Virus record (IMG/VR): IMGVR_UViG_2617270941_000009
DNA: 31,825 nucleotides
From: a virus
Lineage: Duplodnaviria > Heunggongvirae > Uroviricota > Caudoviricetes
Strand: one strand, 5' to 3'
A program made the translations under genes and the position numbers. The notes beneath the pieces are model-generated. The model did no database searches and was not told the origin of the DNA. It saw only the letters and a program-made list of their open reading frames with translations. This document shows positions 19,630-30,407 of this stretch, in pieces (positions within the stretch are counted from its first letter, which is position 1; each line of letters starts with the position of its first letter).

Positions 19630-19868
19630 TTGGTGAGAATCGCAGCAACTTGTCGCGCCAATCGAGCCATGTCGTCGTCAACGACCCCCCATTCAAGAAC
19701 AGCAAGCAGCATTGAGAACTTTGGAATCCAGTCCCTCTTCCACCTGCTGATCTGCGACTTATCAACGCCCACAGCTTCCGCTGTCTTCTCAGTTCCAAGC
19801 ATTGCGATTTTGTTAAGCAACGCACTCTCGATTCGTAGAGCCTCGTTGCGTTTGTTTGCACGAACCAT
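19575..19868 (-). CDS. cII: transcriptional activator CII
   Basis: Translation from the ATG at 19868 (MVRANKRNEALRIESALLNKIAMLGTEKTAEAVGVDKSQISRWKRDWIPKF...) is identical to remembered lambda CII; the track ORF extends 20 codons upstream. Confidence 0.95.
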   Translation of the reverse strand: MVRANKRNEALRIESALLNKIAMLGTEKTAEAVGVDKSQISRWKRDWIPKFSMLLAVLEWGVVDDDMARLARQVAAILTNKKRPAATERSEQIQMEF

Positions 19869-19947
19869 ATGTAAGTATTTCCTTAGATAACAATTGATTG
19901 AATGTATGCAAATAAATGCATACACCATAGGTGTGGTTTAATTTGAT

Positions 19948-19980
19948 GCCCTTTTTCAGGGCTGGGATGTGTAAGAGCGG
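19948..19980 (-). promoter_or_regulatory. nutR: nutR (boxB hairpin GCCCTGAAAAAGGGC at 19948..19962 and boxA CGCTCTTACA at ~19970..19979, minus strand)
   Basis: Minus strand reads CGCTCTTACACATCCCAGCCCTGAAAAAGGGCATCAAATTAAACC, matching remembered lambda nutR. Confidence 0.8.
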
Positions 19981-19987
19981 GAATGTC

Positions 19988-21343
<1,356 letters not shown>

Positions 21344-21393
21344 TCCCCACCTCAATCTCGATAACCAAAAAACAAACTATTTTCCGTTTAAAA

Positions 21394-21462
21394 ACAATGG
21401 AGTTTGTTTTTCATACCCCTTTTTTACAATATTTCTTGTTTACAACATACAATCTTTCTTGT
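21394..21462. promoter_or_regulatory. OL: OL operator region, three 14-bp 434-type operators at 21394..21407, 21426..21439, 21449..21462, overlapping PL
   Basis: Sites acaatggagtttgt, acaatatttcttgt, acaatctttcttgt seen, same ACAA-N6-TTGT pattern as OR. Confidence 0.7.
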
Positions 21463-21508
21463 AATTTTAAGCCATCAGCAGGATGCACTGACCACCATTG
21501 AAGGTGAT

Positions 21509-21538
21509 GCTCTTAAAAATTAAGCCCTGAAGAAGGGC
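21509..21538 (+). promoter_or_regulatory. nutL: nutL (boxA GCTCTTAA, boxB hairpin GCCCTGAAGAAGGGC at 21524..21538)
   Basis: Sequence tgctcttaaaaattaagccctgaagaagggcagcattcaaagcagaaggctttggggtgtgtgatacg matches remembered lambda nutL. Confidence 0.85.
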
Positions 21539-21696
21539 AGCATTCAAAGCAGAAGGCTTTGGGGTGTGTGATACGAAACGAAGCATTGGCCGGAAGTGCG
21601 AATCCGGATTAGCTGCAAATGAGCCAATCGTGGGGTGTTTTCGTTCAGGACTACGACTCACACACACCACCAAAGCTAACTGACAAGAGAATCCAG

Positions 21697-22020
21697 ATGG
21701 ATGCACAAACACGCCGCCGCGAACGTCGCGCAGAGAAACAGGCTCAATGGAAAGCAGCAAATCCCCTGTTGGTTGGGGTAAGCGCAAAACCAGTTAACCG
21801 CCCTATTCTCTCGCTGAATCGCAAACCGAAATCACGAGTAGAAAGCGCACTGAATCCGATAGACCTTACGGTGCTGGCTGAATACCACGAACAGATTGAA
21901 AGCAACCTGCAACGTATTGAGCGCAAGAATCATCGAGTTTGGTATAGCAAGCCAAGTGAGTTCGGTATAACTTGTCAAGGAAGACAAAAGGTTAAAGGGA
22001 AATCCATTCCATTGGCATGA
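21697..22020 (+). CDS. N: antiterminator protein N
   Basis: Translation from the ATG at 21697 (MDAQTRRRERRAEKQAQWKAANPLLVGVSAKPVNRPILSLNRKPKSRVESALNPIDLTVLAEYH...) matches lambda N; the track ORF starts upstream. Confidence 0.9.
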   Translation: MDAQTRRRERRAEKQAQWKAANPLLVGVSAKPVNRPILSLNRKPKSRVESALNPIDLTVLAEYHEQIESNLQRIERKNHRVWYSKPSEFGITCQGRQKVKGKSIPLA

Positions 22021-22028
22021 GGTACGTA

Positions 22029-22898
22029 ATGAAGAAAATTGATTACAAGTCCATACCAAAACCAATAGACTCAGCATCAGAGCGAAAAAAACACAAAAAA
22101 GAGGCTGAAAAATTAGCAAATTATATCAGTTTTATTAGAAACAATGCTCACGGCGATGGCGACAGGAAGTTGCTTTCAGATGCCCGGACCCAAGCGTTCA
22201 GTATACTTCGTAAGCAGATGCAATATCGTCTTCATCCAGGCTACATAATTGAAATTCGCCCGACTGAAAGACAATTGTTCTTATTAAACTCTGTCTTTGA
22301 CTTTGTAAACGTAGTTGGAGATCTTATCGACAGGTCTGTAGATAAGGCTCCTGATACAAATAGTTTTCTTCTAACAAATAAAGAATACTTATATGGTAAA
22401 TTTGGTATAAACGGATGGCAAAAATATGTACGATTCTTACGTGCATTCGTTGATGCGTATAAAAATTCCGACATGATTTATACATATTTGCCTGGTGGTG
22501 ATAATTGTACGCTTTCGGCAGACAATAGAATATTCATACCTATACTTGGTCTTGGGCTGATTAATGCAGTAAATGAAAGAGATGTTATAATTGTTAAGCA
22601 GTGGCGAAAGCATGAGGGATATAGATATCTGCCATGCTTTGATATATTAAAAATACAGAATAAATTCTATGTAAAAATTAAATATAAAGAAGATGTTTTC
22701 TTCCTCAGAAAAAACAAAGATCTTTTACAAGAACTTTCTGGGACAATAGATGTCATCGTAGGTTCTAGGTTTATAAAAGAACTGAAAGAAAGCAGGTCTT
22801 TCTCTCGTGTAGAGATAAGCGAGTCAGAGTTATGGGGTATATCAAATAATCCTGTAAACCACGCTCACCAACGAAATCCAAACAAAAAGTGGTCATAA
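22029..22898 (+). CDS. hypothetical protein (289 aa), AT-rich orphan gene at the ral/sieB hotspot; candidate superinfection-exclusion or abortive-infection factor
   Basis: ORF immediately after N (the track ATG at 22017 overlaps the N stop; the ATG at 22029 with GAGG RBS is preferred). Strongly AT-rich by eye; no catalytic motif recognised; followed by an intrinsic terminator. Confidence 0.55.
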   Translation: MKKIDYKSIPKPIDSASERKKHKKEAEKLANYISFIRNNAHGDGDRKLLSDARTQAFSILRKQMQYRLHPGYIIEIRPTERQLFLLNSVFDFVNVVGDLIDRSVDKAPDTNSFLLTNKEYLYGKFGINGWQKYVRFLRAFVDAYKNSDMIYTYLPGGDNCTLSADNRIFIPILGLGLINAVNERDVIIVKQWRKHEGYRYLPCFDILKIQNKFYVKIKYKEDVFFLRKNKDLLQELSGTIDVIVGSRFIKELKESRSFSRVEISESELWGISNNPVNHAHQRNPNKKWS

Positions 22899-22922
22899 CC
22901 CGCTCAGGCGGGTTTCATTTTC
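22899..22922 (+). terminator. intrinsic terminator after the orphan gene (CCCGC-TCAG-GCGGG + TTTCATTTT)
   Basis: Hairpin and T-rich tract seen in sequence. Confidence 0.5.
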
Positions 22923-23040
22923 ACGCAAACAACAGAATAAACACTGCACTGTGTATTCATTCCAACGAGTGAATACACGGAGCAATGTCGCTCGTAACTA
23001 AACAGGAGTCGACTTGTTCTGATTATTGGAAATCTTCTTT

Positions 23041-23066
23041 GCCCTCCAGTGTGAGGGCGATTTTTT
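23041..23066 (+). terminator. intrinsic terminator upstream of ea10 (GCCCTC-CAGTGT-GAGGGC + ATTTTTTAT), tL-like
   Basis: Hairpin and T-run seen in sequence. Confidence 0.55.
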
Positions 23067-23086
23067 ATCTGTGAGGATATGAACAG

Positions 23087-23455
23087 ATGTCAAACATCAA
23101 AAAATACATCATTGATTACGACTGGAAAGCATCAATAGAAATTGAAATCGACCATGACGTAATGACAGAGGAAAAACTTCACCAGATTAATAATTTCTGG
23201 TCAGACTCTGAATACCGACTCAATAAACACGGCTCTTTATTAAATGCTGTATTAATCATGCTGGCGCAACATGCTCTGCTTATAGCAATTTCGAAAGACT
23301 TAAATGCATATGGTGTTGTTTGTGAGTTCGACTGGGATGATGGAAATGGTCAGGAAGGATGGCCTCCAATGGATGGTAGTGAAGGAATAAGAATTACCGA
23401 TATCGATACATCAGGAATATTTGATTCAGATGATATGACTATCAAGGCCGCCTGA
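23087..23455 (+). CDS. ea10: Ea10-like early protein (122 aa)
   Basis: 122-aa ORF (MSNIKKYIIDYDWKASIEIEIDHDVMTEEKLHQ...), same size and position as lambda ea10 just upstream of cIII; sequence match from memory is moderate. Confidence 0.7.
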   Translation: MSNIKKYIIDYDWKASIEIEIDHDVMTEEKLHQINNFWSDSEYRLNKHGSLLNAVLIMLAQHALLIAISKDLNAYGVVCEFDWDDGNGQEGWPPMDGSEGIRITDIDTSGIFDSDDMTIKAA

Positions 23456-23527
23456 GTGCGGTTTTACCGCATACCAATAACGCTTCACTCGAGGCGTTTT
23501 TCGTTATGTATAAATAAGGAGCACACC

Positions 23528-23692
23528 ATGCAATATGCCATTGCAGGGTGGCCTGTTGCTGGCTGCCCTTCCGAATCTTTACTTGAACGAATCACCCGTA
23601 AATTACGTGACGGATGGAAACGCCTTATCGACATACTTAATCAGCCAGGAGTCCCAAAGAATGGATCAAACACTTATGGCTATCCAGACTAA
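23528..23692 (+). CDS. cIII: CIII protein (FtsH/HflB inhibitor stabilising CII)
   Basis: 54-aa translation [54 protein letters not shown] matches lambda CIII. Confidence 0.9.
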   Translation: MQYAIAGWPVAGCPSESLLERITRKLRDGWKRLIDILNQPGVPKNGSNTYGYPD

Positions 23693-23804
23693 ATTCACTA
23701 TCGCCACTTTTATTGGCGATGAAAAGATGTTTCGTGAAGCCGTCGACGCTTATAAAAAATGGATATTAATGCTGAAACTGAGATCAAGCAAAAGCATTCA
23801 CTAA
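23661..23804 (+). CDS. kil: Kil protein (FtsZ inhibitor)
   Basis: 47-aa translation [47 protein letters not shown]; overlaps cIII by 32 nt and gam by 46 nt, as in lambda. Confidence 0.85.
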   Translation: MDQTLMAIQTKFTIATFIGDEKMFREAVDAYKKWILMLKLRSSKSIH

Positions 23805-24175
23805 CCCCCTTTCCTGTTTTCCTAATCAGCCTGGCATTTCGCGGGCGATATTTTCACAGCTATTTCAGGAGTTCAGCCATGAACGCTTATTACATTCAGG
23901 ATCGTCTTGAGGCTCAGAGCTGGGCGCGTCACTACCAGCAGATCGCCCGTGAAGAGAAAGAGGCAGAACTGGCAGACGACATGGAAAAAGGCCTGCCCCA
24001 GCACCTGTTTGAATCGCTATGCATCGATCATTTGCAACGCCACGGGGCCAGCAAAAAAGCCATTACCCGTGCGTTTGATGACGATGTTGAGTTTCAGGAG
24101 CGCATGGCAGAACACATCCGGTACATGGTTGAAACCATTGCTCACCACCAGGTTGATATTGATTCAGAGGTATAA
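23759..24175 (+). CDS. gam: Gam protein (RecBCD inhibitor); long form, with internal start for GamS at 23879
   Basis: 138-aa translation [55 protein letters not shown]... matches lambda Gam. Confidence 0.9.
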   Translation: MDINAETEIKQKHSLTPFPVFLISLAFRGRYFHSYFRSSAMNAYYIQDRLEAQSWARHYQQIAREEKEAELADDMEKGLPQHLFESLCIDHLQRHGASKKAITRAFDDDVEFQERMAEHIRYMVETIAHHQVDIDSEV

Positions 24176-24180
24176 AACGG

Positions 24181-24966
24181 ATGAGTACAGCACTCGCAAC
24201 GCTGGCTGGGAAGCTGGCTGAACGAGTCGGCATGGATTCTGTCGACCCACAGGAACTGATCACCACTCTTCGCCAGACGGCATTTAAAGGTGATGCCAGC
24301 GATGCGCAGTTCATCGCATTGCTGATCGTCGCCAACCAGTACGGTCTTAATCCGTGGACGAAAGAAATTTACGCCTTCCCTGATAAGCAGAACGGCATCG
24401 TTCCGGTGGTGGGCGTTGATGGCTGGTCCCGCATCATCAACGAAAACCAGCAGTTTGACGGCATGGACTTTGAACAGGACAACGAATCCTGCACATGCCG
24501 GATTTACCGCAAAGACCGCAATCATCCGATCTGCGTTACCGAGTGGATGGATGAATGCCGCCGCGAACCATTCAAAACCCGCGAAGGCAGAGAAATCACC
24601 GGACCGTGGCAGTCGCATCCCAAACGGATGTTACGGCATAAAGCCATGATTCAGTGTGCCCGTCTGGCCTTCGGATTTGCTGGTATCTATGACAAGGATG
24701 AAGCCGAGCGCATTGTCGAAAATACTGCATACACTGCAGAACGTCAGCCGGAACGCGACATCACTCCGGTTAACGATGAAACCATGCAGGAGATTAACAC
24801 TCTGCTGATCGCCCTGGATAAAACATGGGATGACGACTTATTGCCGCTCTGTTCCCAGATATTTCGCCGCGACATTCGCGCATCGTCAGAACTGACACAG
24901 GCCGAAGCAGTGAAAGCTCTTGGATTCCTGAAACAGAAAGCCACTGAGCAGAAGGTGGCAGCATGA
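24181..24966 (+). CDS. bet: Bet (Red-beta) single-strand annealing recombinase
   Basis: 261-aa translation [59 protein letters not shown]... matches lambda Bet. Confidence 0.95.
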   Translation: MSTALATLAGKLAERVGMDSVDPQELITTLRQTAFKGDASDAQFIALLIVANQYGLNPWTKEIYAFPDKQNGIVPVVGVDGWSRIINENQQFDGMDFEQDNESCTCRIYRKDRNHPICVTEWMDECRREPFKTREGREITGPWQSHPKRMLRHKAMIQCARLAFGFAGIYDKDEAERIVENTAYTAERQPERDITPVNDETMQEINTLLIALDKTWDDDLLPLCSQIFRRDIRASSELTQAEAVKALGFLKQKATEQKVAA

Positions 24967-25643
24967 CACCGGACATTATCCTGCAGCGTACCAGGATCGA
25001 CGTGAGAGCTGTCGAACAGGGGGATGATGCATGGCACAAATTACGGCTCGGCGTCATCACCGCTTCAGAAGTTCACAACGTGATAGCAAAGCCCCGATCA
25101 GGAAAGAAGTGGCCTGACATGAAAATGACCTACTTCCACACCCTGCTGGCTGAGGTTTGCACCGGTGTGGCTCCGGAAGTTAACGCTAAAGCGCTGGCCT
25201 GGGGAAAACAGTACGAGAACGACGCCAGAACCCTGTTTGAGTTCACTTCCGGCGTAAATGTTATTGAATCCCCGATCATCTATCGCGACGAAAGTATGCG
25301 CACCGCCTGCTCTCCCGATGGTTTATGCAGTGACGGCAATGGCCTTGAGCTGAAATGCCCGTTTACCTCCCGGGATTTCATGAAATTCCGGCTCGGTGGT
25401 TTCGAGGCCATAAAGTCGGCTTACATGGCCCAGGTGCAGTACAGCATGTGGGTGACGCGAAAAGATGCCTGGTACTTTGCCAACTATGACCCGCGTATGA
25501 AGCGTGAAGGCCTGCATTATGTCGTGATTGAGCGGAATGAAAAGTATATAGCGAGTTTTGACGAGATGGTGCCGGAGTTCATCGAAAAAATGGACGAGGC
25601 ACTGGCTGAAATTGGTTTTGTATTTGGGGAGCAATGGCGATGA
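24963..25643 (+). CDS. exo: lambda exonuclease (Red-alpha)
   Basis: 226-aa translation [50 protein letters not shown]... matches lambda Exo. Confidence 0.95.
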   Translation: MTPDIILQRTRIDVRAVEQGDDAWHKLRLGVITASEVHNVIAKPRSGKKWPDMKMTYFHTLLAEVCTGVAPEVNAKALAWGKQYENDARTLFEFTSGVNVIESPIIYRDESMRTACSPDGLCSDGNGLELKCPFTSRDFMKFRLGGFEAIKSAYMAQVQYSMWVTRKDAWYFANYDPRMKREGLHYVVIERNEKYIASFDEMVPEFIEKMDEALAEIGFVFGEQWR

Positions 25644-25822
25644 AACATCCTCACGATAATATCCGCGTAGGCACGATCACTTTCGTCTACTCCGTTACGA
25701 AGCGAGGCTGGGTATTTCCCGGCCTTTCTGTTATCCGAAATCCCCTGAAAGCACAGCGGCTGGCTGAGGAGATAAATAATAAACGGGGAGCTGTATGCAC
25801 AAAGCATCTCCCGTTGAGTTAA
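25634..25822 (+). CDS. small early protein, lambda orf60a-like
   Basis: 62-aa ORF overlapping the exo stop, in the lambda orf60a position. Confidence 0.55.
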   Translation: MAMKHPHDNIRVGTITFVYSVTKRGWVFPGLSVIRNPLKAQRLAEEINNKRGAVCTKHLPLS

Positions 25823-25986
25823 GAACGAGTATCGAGATGGCACATAGCCTCGCTCAAATTGGAGTCAGGTTTGTGCCAATACCAGTAGAAACAGACGAAG
25901 AATTTCATACGTTAGCCGCATCCCTTTCACAAAAGCTGGAAATGATGGTGGCGAAAGCAGAAGCAGATGAGAGAGACCAGGTATGA
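25795..25986 (+). CDS. small early protein, lambda orf63-like
   Basis: 63-aa ORF in the lambda orf63 position. Confidence 0.55.
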   Translation: MHKASPVELRTSIEMAHSLAQIGVRFVPIPVETDEEFHTLAASLSQKLEMMVAKAEADERDQV

Positions 25987-26062
25987 CAACCACGGAATGC
26001 ATTTTTCTGGCAGCGGGCTTCATATTCTGTGTGCTTATGCTTGCCGACATGGGACTTGTTCA

Positions 26063-26278
26063 ATGACACCTCAGCAGGAAAACGCCCTTCGCAGCATTGC
26101 CCGTCAGGCTAATTCTGAAATCAAAAAAGCCAGACAGCAGTTTCCGGATAAAAACGTCGATGACATTTGCCGTAGCGTACTGAAGAAGCACCGCGAAACG
26201 GTAACGCTGATGGGATTCACACCGACTCATTTAAGCCTGGCAATCGGCATGTTAAACGGCGTCTTTAAGGAACGATGA
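26063..26278 (+). CDS. small early protein, lambda orf61-like
   Basis: Translation from the ATG at 26063 (MTPQQENALRSIARQANSEIKKARQQFPDKNVDDICRSVLKKHRETVTLMGFTPTHLSLAIGMLNGVFKER); the track ORF starts upstream at 25967. Confidence 0.55.
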   Translation: MTPQQENALRSIARQANSEIKKARQQFPDKNVDDICRSVLKKHRETVTLMGFTPTHLSLAIGMLNGVFKER

Positions 26279-26376
26279 ACATGAAAAGCAAAATCATCAG
26301 GGAGCTACAGGCTCCTTTTTTATTATTCGCATTCACCCTCAAGCGTATTAACCAACAATTCAGGGATTAATGGAAG

Positions 26377-26598
26377 ATGGCAGACATCATTGATTCAGCA
26401 TCAGAAATTGAAGAATTACAGCGCAACACAGCAATAAAAATGCGCCGCCTGAACCACCAGGCTATATCTGCCACTCATTGTTGTGAGTGTGGCGATCCGA
26501 TAGATGAACGAAGACGCCTGGTCGTTCAGGGTTGTCGGACTTGTGCAAGTTGCCAGGAAGATCTGGAGCTTATCAGTAAACAGAGAGGTTCGAAGTGA
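26377..26598 (+). CDS. TraR/DksA-family C4 zinc-finger protein (lambda orf73-like)
   Basis: 73-aa ORF with CxxC...CxxC (HCCECGDPIDERRRLVVQGCRTCASCQ), characteristic of TraR-like RNAP-binding proteins. Confidence 0.75.
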   Translation: MADIIDSASEIEELQRNTAIKMRRLNHQAISATHCCECGDPIDERRRLVVQGCRTCASCQEDLELISKQRGSK

Positions 26599-26897
26599 GC
26601 GAAATTAACTCTCAGGCACTGCGTGAAGCGGCAGAGCAGGCAATGCATGACGACTGGGGATTTGACGCAGACCTTTTCCATGAATTGGTAACACCATCGA
26701 TTGTGCTGGAACTGCTGGATGAGCGGGAAAGAAACCAGCAATACATCAAACGCCGCGACCAGGAGAACGAGGAAATTGCGCTAACGGTAGGAAAGCTGCG
26801 CGTTGAGCTGGAAGCAGCAAAATCAAAACTCAACGAGCAGAGTGAATATTACGAAGGTGTTATCTCGAATGGAAGTAAGCGTATTGCTGAACTGTAG
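26595..26897 (+). pseudogene. ea22: ea22, truncated (N-terminal ~100 aa only); marks the left boundary of a foreign b-region replacement
   Basis: Translation MSEINSQALREAAEQAMHDDWGFDADLFHELVTPSIVLELLDERERNQQYIKRRDQENE... matches the lambda Ea22 N-terminus but stops after ...SNGSKRIAEL; lambda Ea22 is ~182 aa. Confidence 0.65.
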
Positions 26898-27147
26898 GCC
26901 TAGGTTGAATGTACAAGATTTGCATACGTAAGAGCAAAAGACAAGGGAGAATTGATCAGAGTTATTACCTGCCAACCAACGGGATATTACGCTTACGTAC
27001 CATGTAACTAGGAATCCTTGAAGTGGCAGCCTAACTGTGGATACACTGAAATGGCGATTTGGTAACATGTTTCGCACAAAGCTGTTACTATGCTTAGAGA
27101 TAATCAGTCATGATTAAATGCTTTGTAAAAAGTAAAAGGAAATTACA

Positions 27148-27762
27148 ATGAAAAAATCAACACTAATTTTAGGGCTTACGTTAATTGTCTCATCTCAAAT
27201 ACCTTCGGCAATGGCAAAAAATGAATCAAAACTTTGGGTTGTTGTTGATCGAACGGAAAGACATACCTGCCCTTCAAGTAAATGTGGAGTGGCTGGGAAA
27301 CTATTTTTCAGGGAAGGCGTAGATTTTCTAGAAAAAAAAGGTGAATGGGTTCGTATAACTGGGCCATATTCAGCCTCATGTGTGGGAGGGGAAAGCGAAT
27401 ATATTAAAGAAGGTAATAAATCCTGCACAAGAAAAAACGGAATCGTTAATGGCAAGTTTTCAGAATGGGTTAAACTTAGTGATCTTAGCAGTGAAAGGCC
27501 ATCAGATCCTGCTGAAAATGCGAGCAGAAATGATACCTTAATCAAAGGATCTGATGACTACCGTATATACAAAAAAGAGTTTTCTTCGGCAGCTAGGAAG
27601 TTAATAAGTGAAGGTGTCTGCACGGAGAGCGATTTTAAGGAAATTGGAGGGTGGATGGCATCAAGCAATAAGGGTGAAAACATCTATTTCACATATTGCG
27701 GAGGAATGACGTTGTCGAACAGAATATATCTAGACGTTAAAAGTGGAAAGACTTTTAGATAA
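27148..27762 (+). CDS. hypothetical secreted protein (204 aa, signal peptide), AT-rich cargo gene
   Basis: N-terminus MKKSTLILGLTLIVSSQIPSAMA is signal-peptide-like; several Cys; no family recognised. Confidence 0.5.
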   Translation: MKKSTLILGLTLIVSSQIPSAMAKNESKLWVVVDRTERHTCPSSKCGVAGKLFFREGVDFLEKKGEWVRITGPYSASCVGGESEYIKEGNKSCTRKNGIVNGKFSEWVKLSDLSSERPSDPAENASRNDTLIKGSDDYRIYKKEFSSAARKLISEGVCTESDFKEIGGWMASSNKGENIYFTYCGGMTLSNRIYLDVKSGKTFR

Positions 27763-28421
27763 TATGATATTACTAATGACAGCATTAATTTAATGCCTCC
27801 ATAGAATTATCTCTAGGAAGTAAGTATAAGAAAAGTCCGCACAATGAGCTGCTGCGGGCTTTGTGTTATTCGCCATATTTTATGAAGCAAATACGACACT
27901 ATAGATAATTAAGCGTTACTGGTTGTCGATTCCTCACTCATTCCTGCTGATGGCTGTCTTCTTGTATGTGCCATTGAAGGGTAATATCGCGTAAAAAGAT
28001 ACCGGAAGTATCCGCGCCGCCATGATTGTCTTTCTCCTGATGCAGGAAAAGCAGAATGACTAAACCAGCAGCAGAGCGCAAAGCCGATCAGAGAGCCAAG
28101 CAAGCATCATCCGGTATGCGTAAGCTGGAGCTTGTACTTGATGCTCGGAAATTGAAATGCTGGAGCGTAACTGAGCCACGCGCCGCTTCAGGCGTGCGCC
28201 TTACGAGTTTGGTGAGTACATAGCGTTACTGAGCCGCCAGGATGATGCACGTGTGCGCTGGCGTATAAAATCGATTAGCAGAAAACGTTGCCGTAAGTGC
28301 GGCGAGAGAGTTCCTGTTAATTCATGCCCGTGTAATGGTGACTCACAATACTGGGTGACCAAAGGCTGGCACGAAACAAAATTAATGATATAAATCTCTG
28401 TGACATGTCACGGAGGCGGCA

Positions 28422-28850
28422 ATGAAATTAGACCAGCAATATCTAAAAGATCTACTTATCGCATTCGAAAAAACTTATGGCCCTGACACGATGCTTAGTG
28501 AACTAGAGGATAATGGCTTTAATAGATATGACCAAAATTTTATTTTCCATATGCGATTATTATGTGACTACGAATTAATAGTTAGGGTTGATGGAAAACC
28601 TGGGTTCGGTCATATAATGTCCAACGAGTTAGGGGAAGGTGTTGAATATAGTTGGATCGAAGTACCACTGAGGTTGACAGCAAGAGGGCATGATTTTATT
28701 GCTGACTTACGTCAAAAGGAGGTCTGGCAAGCTATAAAAACAAACTTTAAGGATGAGGGAATTAGTACTCTTATGAGTGTTTCAAAATCACTAGCAAAAG
28801 GCTTTGCAAGGAAAAAAATAAAAGATATTACAGGAATAGATATTGAATAA
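28422..28850 (+). CDS. hypothetical protein (142 aa), AT-rich cargo gene
   Basis: ORF with plausible RBS (GGAGG upstream); no family recognised with confidence. Confidence 0.5.
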   Translation: MKLDQQYLKDLLIAFEKTYGPDTMLSELEDNGFNRYDQNFIFHMRLLCDYELIVRVDGKPGFGHIMSNELGEGVEYSWIEVPLRLTARGHDFIADLRQKEVWQAIKTNFKDEGISTLMSVSKSLAKGFARKKIKDITGIDIE

Positions 28851-29092
28851 TTCTTAGCATCAAGCAACTACTGCCTTTGGTGAAAATTATATCTGAACTC
28901 GCTACGGCGAGTTTTGTTTTACGGAGATGATAAATGCACTTCAGAGTCACTGGTGAATGGAATGGAGAACCATTCAACAGAGTTATCTAAGCAGAGAACA
29001 TCAATGACTGCTATGACAACTGGATGATATGGGCGCAGATAGCACATGCAGACATAACCAATATTCGAATTGAAGAACTGAAAGAACACCAA

Positions 29093-29114
29093 GCCGCCTG
29101 ATGGCGGTTTTTTC
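29093..29114 (+). terminator. intrinsic terminator upstream of xis (GCCGCC-TGAT-GGCGG + T-run)
   Basis: Hairpin with TTTTTTC seen in sequence. Confidence 0.45.
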
Positions 29115-29140
29115 TTGCGTGTAATTGCGGAGACTTTGCG

Positions 29141-29359
29141 ATGTACTTGACACTTCAGGAGTGGAACGCTCGCCAGCGACGCCCAAGAAGCCTTGAAACA
29201 GTTCGTCGATGGGTGCGCGAATGCAGGATATTCCCTCCTCCGGTTAAGGATGGAAGAGAATATCTGTTCCACGAATCAGCGGTAAAGGTTGACTTAAATC
29301 GACCAGTAACAGGTAGCCTTTTGAAGAGGATCAGAAATGGGAAGAAGGCGAAGTCATGA
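29141..29359 (+). CDS. xis: excisionase Xis
   Basis: 72-aa translation MYLTLQEWNARQRRPRSLETVRRWVRECRIFPPPVKDGREYLFHESAVKVDLNRPVTGSLLKRIRNGKKAKS matches lambda Xis. Confidence 0.95.
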   Translation: MYLTLQEWNARQRRPRSLETVRRWVRECRIFPPPVKDGREYLFHESAVKVDLNRPVTGSLLKRIRNGKKAKS

Positions 29360-30407
29360 GCGCCGGGATTTACCCCCTAACCTTTATATAAGAAACAATG
29401 GATATTACTGCTACAGGGACCCAAGGACGGGTAAAGAGTTTGGATTAGGCCGAGACAGGCGAATCGCAATCACTGAAGCTATACAGGCCAACATTGAGTT
29501 ATTTTCAGGACACAAACACAAGCCTCTGACAGCGAGAATCAACAGTGATAATTCCGTTACGTTACATTCATGGCTTGATCGCTACGAAAAAATCCTGGCC
29601 AGCAGAGGAATCAAGCAGAAGACACTCATAAATTACATGAGCAAAATTAAAGCAATAAGGAGGGGTCTGCCTGATGCTCCACTTGAAGACATCACCACAA
29701 AAGAAATTGCGGCAATGCTCAATGGATACATAGACGAGGGCAAGGCGGCGTCAGCCAAGTTAATCAGATCAACACTGAGCGATGCATTCCGAGAGGCTAT
29801 AGCTGAAGGCCATATAACAACAAACCCGGTCGCAGCCACTCGCGCTGCAAAATCAGAGGTAAGGAGATCAAGACTTACGGCTGACGAATACCTGAAAATT
29901 TATCAAGCAGCAGAATCATCACCATGTTGGCTTAGACTTGCAATGGAACTGGCTGTTGTTACCGGGCAGCGAGTTGGTGATTTATGCGAAATGAAGTGGT
30001 CTGATATCGTAGATGGATATCTTTATGTCGAGCAAAGCAAAACAGGCGTAAAAATTGCCATCCCAACAACATTGCATGTTGATGCTCTCGGGATATCAAT
30101 GAAGGAAACACTTGATAAATGCAAAAAGATTCTTGGCGGAGAAACCATAATTACATCTACTCGTCGTGAACCGCTTTCATCCGGCACAGTATCAAGGTAT
30201 TTTATGCGCGCACGAAAAGCATCAGGTCTCTCCTTCGAAGGGGATCCGCCAACCTTTCACGAGTTGCGCAGTTTGTCTGCAAGACTCTATGAGAAGCAGA
30301 TAAGCGATAAATTTGCTCAACATCTTCTCGGGCATAAGTCGGACACCATGGCATCACAGTATCGTGATGACAGAGGCAGGGAGTGGGACAAAATTGAAAT
30401 CAAATAA
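29337..30407 (+). CDS. int: tyrosine integrase Int (lambda type)
   Basis: 356-aa translation MGRRRSHERRDLPPNLYIRNNGYYCYRDPRTGKEFGLGRDRRIAITEAIQ... matches lambda Int; overlaps xis as in lambda. Confidence 0.95.
   Translation: MGRRRSHERRDLPPNLYIRNNGYYCYRDPRTGKEFGLGRDRRIAITEAIQANIELFSGHKHKPLTARINSDNSVTLHSWLDRYEKILASRGIKQKTLINYMSKIKAIRRGLPDAPLEDITTKEIAAMLNGYIDEGKAASAKLIRSTLSDAFREAIAEGHITTNPVAATRAAKSEVRRSRLTADEYLKIYQAAESSPCWLRLAMELAVVTGQRVGDLCEMKWSDIVDGYLYVEQSKTGVKIAIPTTLHVDALGISMKETLDKCKKILGGETIITSTRREPLSSGTVSRYFMRARKASGLSFEGDPPTFHELRSLSARLYEKQISDKFAQHLLGHKSDTMASQYRDDRGREWDKIEIK

Noticed and set aside
19502-19928. ORFs 19502..19861 (-), 19630..19890 (+) and the N-terminal extension of the cII track ORF
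   Set aside because: They overlap cII and oop in alternative frames; cII starts at the ATG at 19868 (MVRANKRNEALR).
24063-24649. ORFs 24142..24618 (-), 24063..24335 (-) and 24416..24649 (+) within bet
   Set aside because: Antisense or off-frame within the strongly supported bet gene.
27909-28103. 64-aa minus-strand ORF in the b-region cargo block
   Set aside because: Overlaps the start of the degraded plus-strand small gene; no RBS, and a Trp/Arg-rich composition typical of antisense frames.
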